From assembly GCA_030248215.1 (NCBI GenBank), contig JASANG010002509.1, positions 62,001 through 126,000 of the forward strand: a stretch of 64,000 bases of DNA, written 5' to 3'. A program made the position numbers and the translations under genes. Positions 37,300-48,554 of this stretch are shown here, one piece after another. The stretch comes from Enoplolaimus lenunculus. Taxonomy: Eukaryota. The notes below the pieces were generated by a model. The model saw only the letters and a program-made list of their open reading frames with translations. It did not search any database and was not told the origin of the DNA. Position 1 is the first letter of the stretch. Each line of letters opens with the position of its first letter.

Positions 37300-40200
37300 T
37301 ATTATTATTGTTATTATTGTATTTGTGTCATTTTTAAGTGGCCAATCTCAAATTTTTTACGGGTCACACGAGATATATAATAGCGACAAATATGCTCACG
37401 AGTGGAGTGAGACGCGAAGTCAGCACTGCTCAATATCTGATACTAACGCTGAACTTTGGTTTTGTCAGGGTGTAATCGGATATCCGTTGTATCTGTTTCC
37501 GTTTCCGTTATTATTATTATTATCCGTTTACACCCTGGTTTTTATCTGTTGAAAAAAGCATAGGCCTGAATTGCCCATGTATCCGCCAGTGCTTTTTTGC
37601 CATTAAACAAAGAATATTGTGTTTGGGCACAAAGACTGACGTGTCAGATTGTGATACGTTCGGTATTATGGTGGCTCTATATTCGACAAAGGACACTATC
37701 AGTCTAGACTACATTTTTTGCTTAGGCTTAGACTTGGGCTTTGGAATACGCTTTTTCAACGCTTAGTCTTAGGCTTAGGAATACGCTCAATGTACTGTTA
37801 CGGCCCTAAAAGAAACATTGGCCGATGTTTTTGCCGATTCATACATTCTGAAAAAGTTTACCAGTTCAAACGCAAAATACTAGTCCAATCCGGCGTAATC
37901 GCACAGCCGATATATGTTTCAGACGGCTACGGGTATTTCGAACTCAACTCCATATTCAACTCAAACTATCGCTGCTGCTTATTACAACTATTCGCCTCAT
38001 TCTATATATCGACGGGGCATTTTCTCAAAAACTTGGCCATCTACAAATTACTGATATTGGCCTGACAATAAATACGTCTGTAAGTTGGTTTGACTCATTG
38101 AATATGAATTGAGATCGCGAAACAAACCTAAGTCTTAGGAACGGTAAACATAAACACTAAGTGGATATCAAAGACAAGACTTGTATATGGCAATTAGATT
38201 TTACAAGTAACGGGTTTTGTACGTTCAATGCCGAGCCATATTCTCGACCGGGGTGTATCACGAACTGCCAGTTGGCAGCAGGTTTTTGAACTTTCGAAAC
38301 GTATTAAGTTGAAAAATAAGCCTAAGCCTAAGCCTAAGCCTAAGCCTAAGCCTAAGCCTAAGCCTAAGCCTAAGGCAAAGCCTAAGCCTAAGCCTAAGCC
38401 TTAGCCTTAGCCTAAGCCTAAGCCTAACCCTAAGCCAAAGCCTAAGCCTAAGCATAAGCCTAAGCCTAAGCCTAAGCCAAAGACTAAGCCTAAGCCTAAG
38501 CCTAAGCCTAAGCCTACGCCTACGCCTAAGCCTAAGCCTAAGCCTAGGCCTAAGCTTACGCCTAAGCCTAAGCCTAAGCCTAAGCCTAAGCTCACGCCTA
38601 AGTCTGACCCGAAGCCTAGGCCTAAGTCTAAGCCTAAGCCTAAGCCTAAGTGTTAACTTTCCAAACTTATCGCTTGCTGTTTTTCAATTTACAACCTCTA
38701 TCACCAACTGTTAATTGTAACTGCATGCATTTCAGACAGTAATCATAACTGTTTACTGCTCGAGCTAAGCTAAAATCGAACTCAAGTATTGCTCTGAGAC
38801 GCAAATTTAGATGCATCAGAGCCGATCCGTAGCCAGCTCACTTTGCTAGTGGGGGCGAAAAAAATTTTCAGGAGTGGCATTTAAGGGTTTTCAAAGCAAC
38901 GTTGACAATTTTCTGTTTTGGCCAAAATGTATCGAGGGTGGGTTGAGCTCCCTTGGCCTCTCATGACTACAGGCCTGCATCAGGGTCACGATTCAATCGT
39001 ATTATTAATAATACTTTTTTTAATATTTTGTTTCAATGATTATGTTTCAGAAATATATATGCGAAGCGTTCTATATATTTTTGGAATACGCAAAAACGGT
39101 CGCTGCAAGCTGGGCGATTCTTGAAGGATTTTATCTTCACAATTGTCTCGTTTTAAACGTATTTGGTAACGAACCAAACCTACACAATTTTTGCTTATTT
39201 GGTTGGGGTAAATATTTTACTGTACATCATCAACTCAATTTTTCTTCGGATCATCTTTTCAACTTAAAAGCGATCTTGAAATACTTTATTTTAATTGGCT
39301 GTCCGAATATTGTCAGTTTACTCCGGTCCCATACAGAATCAACCAATTAGGGTTTAATTGAAAACAACAAATGAAAAATTTAGTATTTTTAGAATTCTTA
39401 CAGCTCAAGTGTGATAAACGCTCGTTCCGAGAACTTTGTCGGCTGCACCCTGTGGCCTCTTATCCTGTTTAGGGTCTATTGAAATTGTTGTACAGAGGGG
39501 CGGGCAGCTTAAAAGCAAAAATGTCCCAACTAAACCATTTTATACAAGCCTTTCCTAGCGAAGTACGGTAAACGTTCCGTTAGTTTTTTTGGTATTTTTA
39601 GGAGTGCCAATATTTCATGTCGCGATATGGGTGGCTGTGTTGTATTTAAAGGAAGGCCCCGAGAATGTGCAACGGTAAGTGTAGAGTGTACCGGCCCGTA
39701 GCCATCTTCCCTTGCTAGAGGGGTGTAGGGTGTACAGGTCCGTAGCCACACCCCCCTTGCTAGGGGGCTAAAAATTTTCAGGAGGGGCATACAAGAGTTT
39801 TCGTTGAATTTCAAGCAAGGTTGAAATTTTTCTAGGGGGACAATTCGTCGCAGGGTCTGAGTGTCCTGCCTCGTTTTGGCTACGGGCTCGAGGGTGTTCT
39901 ATATTAAGTTTATTAGGAGTCTACAGTAATTATAGCTATATATTCATGCTAATGTCTCGAATGGTTGACCTATAAAACGGTTAGCTTGTTTTGACCGATT
40001 TCAAATTAATGTTTTTCCCAAGTTTATTTTGAGTTTATTTTCCATATGTGTGAATGCATCATTTTGTAAACTTTAGATTTAAAGTCTTCTTATGCTTTTC
40101 AAGTAGTAAATATAAATTGCGTCTAAACATTTCAGATGTCTTGGACCGTACTATTTAAGTCCTGAAATCTGGATATTAGACGGGGTTCGATTGGCAGAAT

Positions 40201-43200
40201 TGACGGTACGTTAAAATATTTAACACCGCACACAAAAAAGTATTTCAGAATTTATTCAGAAAAGTATATTCTGTGGCTAATTTGAAAATTTTTTCAGATA
40301 TAATTTTTCTAAAAATAACTGAAAAACGTTCATTTTCAGGCTTTATTTCAAAACTTTTTTGAAAACTTTTCTGTTATAACTGAAATACTTTTCAAATGCA
40401 CTTTGCTAATTATATTGCTTAAATGTAAGAAATATTTTCTTAAATATCAGAAATATTATTTCGTCTGTGTTATCAGGGTTGAATGCAGGAAGACGCACCC
40501 ATTCATTGGTCCTTTAAATGAGAAAATACCGAATTTGTTCGTTAAGGTTTCGTAAATGCGTTTACCCTTTAATCATTACATATAGCGCGACCTTCGCTTT
40601 TGAAAAATTTCTGGATCCGCCACAGATTTTTTTAATTTTAAAGCGAATTTATGAATAGGATTTTCGCATGTATAGAACAGGGACGGATCGTTTTCGGAGA
40701 GGCTGTAATAGAGTCAGTTTAAGTTTTAGACTCAATTTGTTGCTTAGGCTTAGGGTTAGGCTTAGGTTTAGGAATAGGCTTATACTACTGCTCGGGCCCT
40801 GTTATAAATATGAACCAAAGTTTTTTAAATACTGGTGAAATGACCCATGTAGAGAACACGGCTGGAACAGTATTATAAGCATATTTTTAGCCTAAATCTT
40901 AAACTACTATACTATGACCGCCACAGATTTTTTAGCTACCAGTTAAATTATATTTGTTTAAGCGTAACATAATCTAACCGGAACCTTTAGGACGGTCATA
41001 CGTCATTCAAGTATTTGTTCAAATTTGGCTCAAATTGAGCCGACCCTGTAACCCAAAAATGATTGTATCAGATGAACACGAAGATTTTAAGAGAATGCAA
41101 TGGAAAATCTCTCAGGACTGCAACTATGAGGGAAAAAACGCGAGGGACTGCCACAGCCCCTACTGAAACACCCCTTGACAAAATTCTTGAACTACACTTA
41201 AAACAATTCTATGGTTAGAAAAATATCTTGTGTCCCCTCTGTATTTGGTGGCCGCTGTGCTGAAACTGCTCGACAGGCAGGGGTTGATTTAATATTATTT
41301 CGACGCAGTCGTATATTCGTTTTCGTTTCAGCTTAGTTTCATATTCTTGCTCAATATTGTACGTGTACTGTGGAAGAAAGTTCGTCACTGTGCTACAATT
41401 ACGCCGGACGTCACTGCGGCGTAAGTTTTTTAAACTAATTTTTTTGACAAAACTATTAAGTCCCTAACCATCACAACTGTGTATCTTTAGGCGGGTATCG
41501 TAGTAGTTAAAATCAAGAGTGCATAATAACAAGAGTGTGCAACTCTTAGGGCTCTCGCATGGTACAAACTGTACCACCGGGCGTTGCGTTTTTGGCCGAC
41601 TCACTCCTTGTTTAGAGAGGGGTCGCTGTCACATGCAATAATCCTAAATTAAACTATAACGGGAGCATGTTTGATGCCGCATACATAAAGTGTCATGGTT
41701 TGCACCGGTTGTACTCCCCTCTAAATAAAGGGGGGTTGGCTAAAAACGCAACGCATGCCGGATACATTCTTTTCTACACAGAATGTGCTTAGTTGTACAC
41801 TCTTGTTAAATAGCGGTCATCGACTCTTGTTAACATTAAAATGTGCAGAAAACTAACAAGTGAAATTTACAGTTTTCTCATTTTTTCACACTATTTTCTA
41901 CGAGCCAATATGTGTAAAAGGCAGCAGTGGCGTAGCCAGGTATTAGTTTCACACCACAGGGGCATATATACAACGGGAGTTAGGGAGATATGTTCCCTAG
42001 AAATTATTGAAAAGGCTTTAAAAAAGCCATTTTTAGTCTGTTGAATACCGTCCTCCAGAGGTCAAAACGTGTTCTCGCTAATTTCTACCGCTCTCGAAAA
42101 ACGATTATTTTGCACTGTTATCACCTCACTAAATGAAATTCCTGCTACGCCCCTGGTTTAACAAGGGTGTTAACATTATTTCTTGGATTCTATAAACCAG
42201 AAAGTTATAGTACTGGTCGGTTTCATTTTTGTGGTTTTTTCAGGTATAACCTAAAAATCCGCTGATTCAATTTGCCTACACAAGGAATTGTGATTGCTTC
42301 TGCAAATTAGAAAATGAAATATTTGTAAATAGATTTACAGGTCCATGTATAGAACAGGGCCGGACCAGTAGTATAACCATATGCCTAAGCTTAATCGTAA
42401 AGATTAGTCTATTCCTAAGTCTATGCATAAGTCTTAGCCTAAGGAAAATGTTAGCCTAACGCTTAAACTGACTCTATTACAGTCCTGCAGAAAAACGATC
42501 CGGCCGTTATACATTGGTGCATTTATGAATACGTCGGCGTTTTTTTTATTTCAGATCATACGTCAAAAGCCTAAAAGCGGCTCTAATGCTTATGCCGTTA
42601 CTTGGTATACCAAACGTTCTCCAACTGATTCCATTGCATCCAACAAAAGACAACATTATAGGATTTGCCGTCTATACATATGTTGCAACGTTTTTTTACA
42701 TGTATCAAGGATTTTTAATCGCATTAATTTATTGTTTCACAAATCGAGAGGTTAGTGAAGATAGTTTTTATGCTTCTTTTTTAGTTTCGTACTTTTAAAA
42801 ACACGATGACTGGGTTTCTGAAATCTTACTTAAGTATTTACTTAAATTATACTTATACTAAAGTCGCCGACTTAAGTAAATACTTTTAAATTTTTGAGCA
42901 AAAAGAAATAAACGCCAAAAGTCGGCTATTGTCATACCAAGAAAATAATAGTTTTGCTTTATATTGACAAGGGGCCAATAGTCTACAATTTCAATTTGAC
43001 CAACGTTAGTGTGCATGAATGGTAAATTTGTAATATATCAAATGTAGTCAGCGACCAGAAGTATTTACTGAACATAAGTACACAGTTAAAAACGACAAAA
43101 TTGTTAAGTAATTACTGAACACGTACTTAACTACTAAGTCGTACTTAGTAGCATTTTGAAAACACATCCATTACGTTTGCTAAGAATTTTACAGCGTTTT

Positions 43201-44571
43201 AAGCTGAACGAATTTGATATTTAAGCAATCAACCAGGTCAGTTACTAACAGCCGAAATGGCCCTTGGAATGCATTTGGTATTGTCTTTAAATAATGCAAG
43301 ATCCTTTGCTCCTCACAACCCCGCATAGCATTTTGTGCCTCAAAACCTTTTGTTCTGATCGCCAAAATTTACGCTTAGGCTTAGACACAGATTTTCTTTT
43401 AGCAAAAGTGTAACTAGTTCAACTATAAGCTGAAGCCTTTGCTTAAGCAAGCGCCTTAAACCTGAGTGCTTACGCCAAAGCTTTAACATTAAATATTGCG
43501 AGCGATAAGATAGAGCATATGAACTGGTATTTCACTGTCGTTTTTGGGATCGCTGGAAGCAACTTTTAATAGTTTTAGGTCATCGAAGCCGTCAAAGCCC
43601 AGCACGCACGGTACAGAATCACACGTTCTGGAGTCATGAAAAACTCAAATCTGAGCCGATCCGCAAACGGCGACCGCAATCCGCATTGTGTGAGTCTGGC
43701 AAGCGTTCAGCATACCATTGTCCGACTTCCACGAAACCTGGACACCTTTAAGCCTCGCACAGGGTACCTTAGCTTCGCGACGTGCCCGGGTCGATCTCAA
43801 ACGTTGCCATATATTGCCGAGTCAACTCGGTTAAGTTTCGCCAACACCGCCGCGGTCGCAATACCGTCTTGTACAAAACCGTTCAACATTACTCAACGTT
43901 GCGTTCAACCTGAAGACCAAAATGGTATCCAACTCGAAGATTGTACCCGCAGTCAGGCGTCTAACTATTATCCCGTCACAACGATTCCATATGCGGCTGA
44001 TATACCGCGATACGATTCATCTCCGTACTTAGACGCTCAAACGAAATCTAAACGCGATTCTCGTTTAGTACGCGGTTTTGACCAATCCGGACCTACTTCC
44101 GGGTCCAAAGTTCAATCAGAATTGGAACTAAGATCCAAATCGGCCGCAACTCAGTCGATGGCGCCAACTGATACTCAATCGCTATCCGGTGTCAAATCTG
44201 TACTGGAACCGCAAAAAACCGTTGAAACCGATTGTGCTGTTGATGATAATTCATCGAATAGTGCCTATTGTCCATTGACAGACAGCGAAAAAACGTTGCG
44301 GTCAAATAGTAAGCGTGGAATGAAAAATTTACTAAACAAATCACTGAGTGGTCGAATTAAGTTGGATCCGCTCACGAGTCGTGCTGCTGTTAATTTCCAG
44401 CAATCACTGCTTGGCAAATCGGAACAGTGCGAAGCGCCCCAAGAAGAACCGAAAGAACTCGCAAACCTGTTGCCTACAGTCGACGACATCGACCACACCT
44501 TAACTCAAATCAATACTGAATGTGTACCAACTGAAAATACACAACTGATATTGTCGTATAGTGAATTTTGA
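31823..44571 (+). CDS. pdfr-1: Class B (secretin-family) GPCR, pigment-dispersing factor receptor-like; whole spliced CDS join(31823-32057,32397-32521,37150-37253,37923-38079,39051-39207,39602-39674,40136-40205,41332-41420,42555-42750,43579-44571), 2199 nt = 732 aa + stop
   Basis: Nine GT-AG introns with matching phases (1,0,2,0,1,2,0,2,0) give one open frame. Hormone-receptor ectodomain with six Cys ([13 protein letters not shown]...[11 protein letters not shown]...HCHRSGLW...YSVC) and 7 TMs with class B motifs (RxxLH, EGxYLH, GWGx[16 protein letters not shown]). Segments RLRVFR, RLILYID, CLGxYYLxPExWILDG and PTKDNI match nematode PDFR-1 as I recall it. The N-terminus may be incomplete; orthology versus paralogy is untested. 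Confidence 0.92.
32397..32521 (+). CDS. pdfr-1: PDFR-like exon 2 ([14 protein letters not shown]...GYTDYSVC)
   Basis: ttttag acceptor, gtaaac donor; supplies ectodomain Cys5 and Cys6. Confidence 0.88.
32740..33048. repeat. Related GC-rich element with a 21-bp minisatellite (CCGTACGGCGCCGTTCGTCAT)n in GPCR intron 2
   Basis: About 8 tandem units; ends resemble 11622-12135. Confidence 0.8.
33904..34264. mobile_element. MITE family with TIR TACTGTAGTGACCCGAATAAGA
   Basis: Inverted ends; copies at ~14396-14835, 21843-22073, 50690-50966. Confidence 0.65.
34746..35080. repeat. ~40-bp minisatellite (CCGGCTGGTCAAACTTCAACATTTTGGCTTGAGACTGCTA)
   Basis: About 8 variable units in GPCR intron 2. Confidence 0.85.
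37150..37253 (+). CDS. pdfr-1: PDFR-like exon 3 (TM1, [34 protein letters not shown])
   Basis: tttcag acceptor, gtaagc donor, hydrophobic helix. Confidence 0.92.
37923..38079 (+). CDS. pdfr-1: PDFR-like exon 4 (ICL1/TM2, [30 protein letters not shown]...TINTS)
   Basis: tttcag acceptor, gtaagt donor; this frame is not in the ORF track and was translated by hand. Confidence 0.92.
38317..38650. repeat. Interstitial telomere-type array (GCCTAA)n, ~55 units, in GPCR intron 4
   Basis: Direct reading; TTAGGC is the canonical nematode telomere repeat. Confidence 0.95.
39051..39207 (+). CDS. pdfr-1: PDFR-like exon 5 (TM3/ICL2, [31 protein letters not shown]...GW)
   Basis: tttcag acceptor, gtaaat donor, conserved TM3 Cys and EGxYLH. 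Confidence 0.93.
39602..39674 (+). CDS. pdfr-1: PDFR-like exon 6 (TM4, [25 protein letters not shown])
   Basis: tttttag acceptor, gtaagt donor, completes GWGxP. Confidence 0.92.
40136..40205 (+). CDS. pdfr-1: PDFR-like exon 7 (ECL2, [23 protein letters not shown])
   Basis: tttcag acceptor, gtacgt donor, ECL2 Cys. Confidence 0.92.
41332..41420 (+). CDS. pdfr-1: PDFR-like exon 8 (TM5/ICL3, [18 protein letters not shown]...)
   Basis: tttcag acceptor, gtaagt donor, NIVRVLxxK motif. Confidence 0.92.
42555..42750 (+). CDS. pdfr-1: PDFR-like exon 9 (TM6-TM7, [17 protein letters not shown]...[16 protein letters not shown])
   Basis: tttcag acceptor, gttagt donor, PLLG and QG...YCFxNxE motifs. Confidence 0.95.
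43579..44571 (+). CDS. pdfr-1: PDFR-like exon 10 (helix 8 and ~330-aa cytoplasmic tail)
   Basis: ttttag acceptor in phase 0, [13 protein letters not shown] helix 8 runs in frame into the 311-aa ORF at 43636-44571. Confidence 0.88.
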   Translation, partial: VIEAVKAQHARYRITRSGVMKNSNLSRSANGDRNPHCVSLASVQHTIVRLPRNLDTFKPRTGYLSFATCPGRSQTLPYIAESTRLSFANTAAVAIPSCTKPFNITQRCVQPEDQNGIQLEDCTRSQASNYYPVTTIPYAADIPRYDSSPYLDAQTKSKRDSRLVRGFDQSGPTSGSKVQSELELRSKSAATQSMAPTDTQSLSGVKSVLEPQKTVETDCAVDDNSSNSAYCPLTDSEKTLRSNSKRGMKNLLNKSLSGRIKLDPLTSRAAVNFQQSLLGKSEQCEAPQEEPKELANLLPTVDDIDHTLTQINTECVPTENTQLILSYSEF

Positions 44572-44972
44572 TTTTAGCGAAATTTCAATGTAAATTAATT
44601 TTAGATTCATTTTTAACGGCGAATTTTTTAAACAAAAAGATGGCTCGAATCAAAACGGTATGGAATTAACAGAGTTATTTTTGGCTAAATCTTACTGACA
44701 AGATAAATCAGCAAAATGCACGAAAAGACCACGTTGTACCGGTTACTTATGCCATGGGCTTCATTATACCCAAAAAAGATTAATTATTCCTGTGTTGTTT
44801 TCACTAAAGACGAAGACGAAATGGCACAGTTGAAGAAATCAATTGTCCAGTTTAGGTTCAACTCTCTGATGAACGACAATATTTACCCTACTCGACTAAA
44901 GTTATTATTAAACTTGAAAGTTGTGTATCGATCCAGTATAACGAAAATTATTAGTGAAATTGGTTTTCGTTG

Positions 44973-44978
44973 AATAAA
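44973..44978 (+). terminator. Candidate polyadenylation signal AATAAA for the GPCR
   Basis: First AATAAA I noticed after the stop codon, ~400 nt downstream; the hexamer is common in AT-rich DNA. Confidence 0.3.
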
Positions 44979-45027
44979 GATGTTACCCTGAGCAAAATGT
45001 ATCGTAATTCAATTGCTTACCTAGGCA

Positions 45028-45074
<47 letters not shown>
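45028..45074. repeat. (TTA)n microsatellite
   Basis: Direct reading; similar tracts at 37262-37320 and 45256-45353. Confidence 0.95.
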
Positions 45075-45245
45075 GGCCCATGTCTACTCTTAAGCGGCTC
45101 CAAGTTTCTGTGGTCAATAAAAATATTATTCTATACTATTTTTTTTAGGCTTAGGCTTAGGAAAACATTTTGCAACGCTTAGACTTTGGCTTAGGGTTAG
45201 GAATACGCTTAATCTACTGTTGCGCCCGTAAAAATAACGTTGGCC
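45075..45245. mobile_element. TTAGGC-carrying MITE, subfamily C, inserted in a (TTA)n tract
   Basis: GGCCCATG...CGTTGGCC, flanks ATTATTAT/ATTATTAT. Confidence 0.75.
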
Positions 45246-45257
45246 ATTATTATTTGT

Positions 45258-45289
<32 letters not shown>

Positions 45290-46009
45290 TGTATTATTAT
45301 TATTATTATTATTATATATTATTATTTTGGTTATTATTGTTATTACTATTATTGAAAAATAGATACGGCGCTGTACATCGCAGGTAACAATTAGCTGAGT
45401 TGCTCTAAACAACCACCATTGGCCTTAGCAGTGGAGTACCAAAGAGTTCTGATTGGTCGAGTCCATTGATGAAAAATACTAAAATGTTCATTTTTGAGTT
45501 TGAACTGGCGAATCATAAACGGCCGTTTAATGAGACAGCGCAGTCTTTATCCAATAGAAATGATGGACGAGGGCGTGGTATTTGTTGTGTCCAAAAATAA
45601 CGAATCAAAACAATTTCAGATATCAAACAAGCTGTATCTATTCATATTTTCACACCTAAAAATAAAGAAAACAGCAAATGAACAGACTCAGGCCCGTAGC
45701 CAGATCACCTTTACTAGGTGGAGTTGAATATTTTTCAGGAGGGGAATTCAAACGTTTTTAATGACGTACAAGCAAAGTTGAAAACTTTCTAGGGGGTCAA
45801 AATTTTCCAGGGGGCTCGGCCCCTCTTCCCCCCTGGCTAAGGGCCCGTCCAGTCTACTGGCTCGCTGGCATGAAATTCAAGTCCAAGACAAAGTTTATGC
45901 TTTTAGTTACCGCGTGTGAACACATGATTTTAGAAGCTTGACGAGCTGAAAGCACGATTACCAAATTCAACTTCCAGGTTTATCTTCTTAAGTTTGTATT
46001 GAATATGGG

Positions 46010-46323
46010 ATCCCATGTAAAGATCACGGGCGGAACGTTTTTCGGCCGGAACAGTAGTATAAGCACACCCCTGCCCCACCCCCAGCCCAAGGCGAGGGGA
46101 AGCCCCTCCCCAACCCCAACCCCAACCAAAAACCCGCTTAAACTGATTCTATTACAGCCCCGCCGAAAAACGATCCGGTCCTGTTCTGTACATGGGCACG
46201 GTTTTCTTGTGCGACTGCAATAGAAGCTTAAGCTTTAGGCTAATTTTTTGCTTGGCTTAGACTTAGGCTTAGGCTTAGGTATATGCTTATAATACTGTTC
46301 CGCCCCTGTTCTTTACGTTGGCC
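46010..46323. mobile_element. Subfamily B MITE containing a nested subfamily A copy
   Basis: TSD AATATGGG/AATATAGG; internal A-type end TTCTGTACATGGG at ~46196. Confidence 0.7.
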
Positions 46324-46402
46324 AATATAGGAAATAAGGTATCGGAACCATTTGAACTCCAGGCCAAAAGTTTGGCTTTAAATATTGCAATAAAATTGTT
46401 AA

Positions 46403-46571
46403 CCCCTTCTAACCTTGAGTTGCCTGTAGGCAACTCAGCGCAGTGTATATACGTTAAATGATATATATCGCACTGTGTTTAACAATTGCAACACGTATAC
46501 ATAGTACTAAATCACCACAAGACGTGAGAGTCCCTCGGACTCGAGCGTCAAGCTCCTCATGTGAGAAAGGG
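46403..46571. mobile_element. piggyBac-like MITE
   Basis: TTAA|CCCCTTCT...AGAAAGGG|TTAA. Confidence 0.8.
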
Positions 46572-46788
46572 TTAATATGGGAAAAATTGTTCAAAAGATT
46601 CTTAAATTAGTTTTAACCCGTTCTTTCCAATCCAAAAAAATATCAATTGACCGTAAACATTGTTTATATACTTTACCTAATGGGTATATATCATAAATTC
46701 TTAGAAGCAAGAGCCTATCAAACAAAAAAAGTTTGCATTCTACAGTCAGGCAGATAACGCTTCACCCTTGATGCTTTTCTCTTTTTTC

Positions 46789-47785
46789 CACGGCGCCCTG
46801 TGAGATGCAATTCGCCATAGGCCCCGACCCCAATAACCTTTAGCTTGTATTTTTCTCATTTCTCTATCGCCTTTGAGTCTGCAACCGTTTGCATATGCTA
46901 AAGTTTCATTTGAAGATCGGGCCCATGAGGGTCGTCCAGGTTTCTGGTAGGTTTATAAAAGAGTATGTTTAGATTCTGGATTACATTTTTTCGCTTATTA
47001 GAAATACGCTCAATCTACTGTTACGCCCATTAAAGTATTATTGGCCCCACGGCGGCCCGTGAGATGCAATTCGCCAGTGGCCCCGACCCCACACTCAAAA
47101 TAATATTTCTGATATTTAAGAAAAAATTTCTTACATTTGAGAAATATGATTAGCAAGGTGCACTTGAAAATGTTTCTGTTATAACAGAAATGTTTTCAAA
47201 AAAACTTTTTGAAATAACGTCTGAAAATAAACGTTTTCCAGTTATTTTTAGAAAAATTGTCTTAAATATCAGCAAAACTTTTCAGATTTGCCACAGAAAA
47301 CACTTTTCTGAATAAATTCAGAAATACTTTTTTGTGTGCAATAACCTTTAGTTTTTATTTTTCTCATTACTCTATCGCCTTTCAGTCTGCAATCATTTTG
47401 ATAGTTAAAGTTTTATTTGAAGGTGGGGCCCATGTTACTATAAGGGTCGTCCAGGTTTCTGATGGGTTTATAAAAGAGTATGTTTAGATTCTAGATTACA
47501 TTTTTTCGCTTAGGCTTAGGCTTAGGCTTACGAATTCATTTCTGCAAAGCTTAGGCTTATAGGCTTACGAATTCATTTCTGCAACGCTTAGGCTTAGACT
47601 TAGGCTTAGAAATACGCTCAATCTACTGTTACGCGCCTTAAAGTAATATTGGCCCACGGCGGCCCGTGAGATGCAATTCGCCAGTGGCCACGACCCCAAT
47701 AAGCTTTAGTTTGTATTTTTCTCATTACTCTATCTCGCCTTTCAATCTACAACCATTTACATAGCAAAATCTTCATTTGAAGGTG
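46789..47785 (+). repeat. Local triplication of a ~130-bp unique segment alternating with subfamily C MITEs
   Basis: CACGGCG...GTGAGATGCAATTCGCCA...TTTGAAG at ~46789, 47048, 47655. Confidence 0.85.
47092..47338. mobile_element. CMC/CACTA-like MITE
   Basis: CAC...GTG ends; CA TSD shown by comparison with empty sites at ~46830 and ~47697; inverted sister copy at 40229-40469. Confidence 0.8.
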
Positions 47786-48554
47786 GTATGCCCTGATGTA
47801 AAATGTTTTTTGCGAGCAAACAAACAAATTGTTTAACATTCCGAAGCGACATTTTTTCGTTTCTAAACACCTTGTGTCAGGAAACATACACTCCCCCTGT
47901 CATTTTGCGCCCCTGCCTCCAGCGACAAAAACATCGACCCAAACGGTGTTTTTTTGCTAATATTTTAGCAATATATTTCATTAGTTGTCAAAAGCATTGT
48001 ACCGGCGTATGCGGGTATACGGTCTAAAAGTTTTCCTTTCAAAATCTATTGTTCCGAACAACTAATTGCACTTTGCTGTTTAAAACTGAGTGTTTAAACT
48101 GTAGCATTTAGAGTGTGAAAAAAGCCCTGTAAAGACTGATTTAGACGTAAAGTCTAGCAGCGGCTTTTAGCGAACGCAGCAATCACCACTGTCGGATGTC
48201 AGGGGTTGGCACCCAAGACCGCACCCCGTATGTATGGTAAACACCAAAAGTTCGGATTAAGATTTTGTACTCAAGTTACGGTTGGCTTCAAGTTCGCTTC
48301 GATCGCGAGTTTTGTTCACTAACGCGCAGAGTGCGAAACCGCAATAAATTTCTGAATCAGCCACTACTGGCGTTCACAAATCGGTCGATCTAAAGTAGAC
48401 AATTGCCGGTTTATGCTTTGTACTCGTGCGTTTATAATACGCAACAGTAAAGTAATTATTAACCTGTCAAAAACGGTTTGAAAGTGCTAAAACACTAAAC
48501 GATTATGGCGTTTCGTGTTTTGTTTTTGAAGTTTTCGTATGGTTACTATTTGTT

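Noticed and set aside
38258..38595. LRLRLR / LGLGLG ORFs (also 48664-48943, 51217-51485, 53640-54004)
   Set aside because: Translations of TTAGGC repeats
38317..38650. True chromosome end
   Set aside because: Lies inside an intron with in-phase exons on both sides and is degenerate
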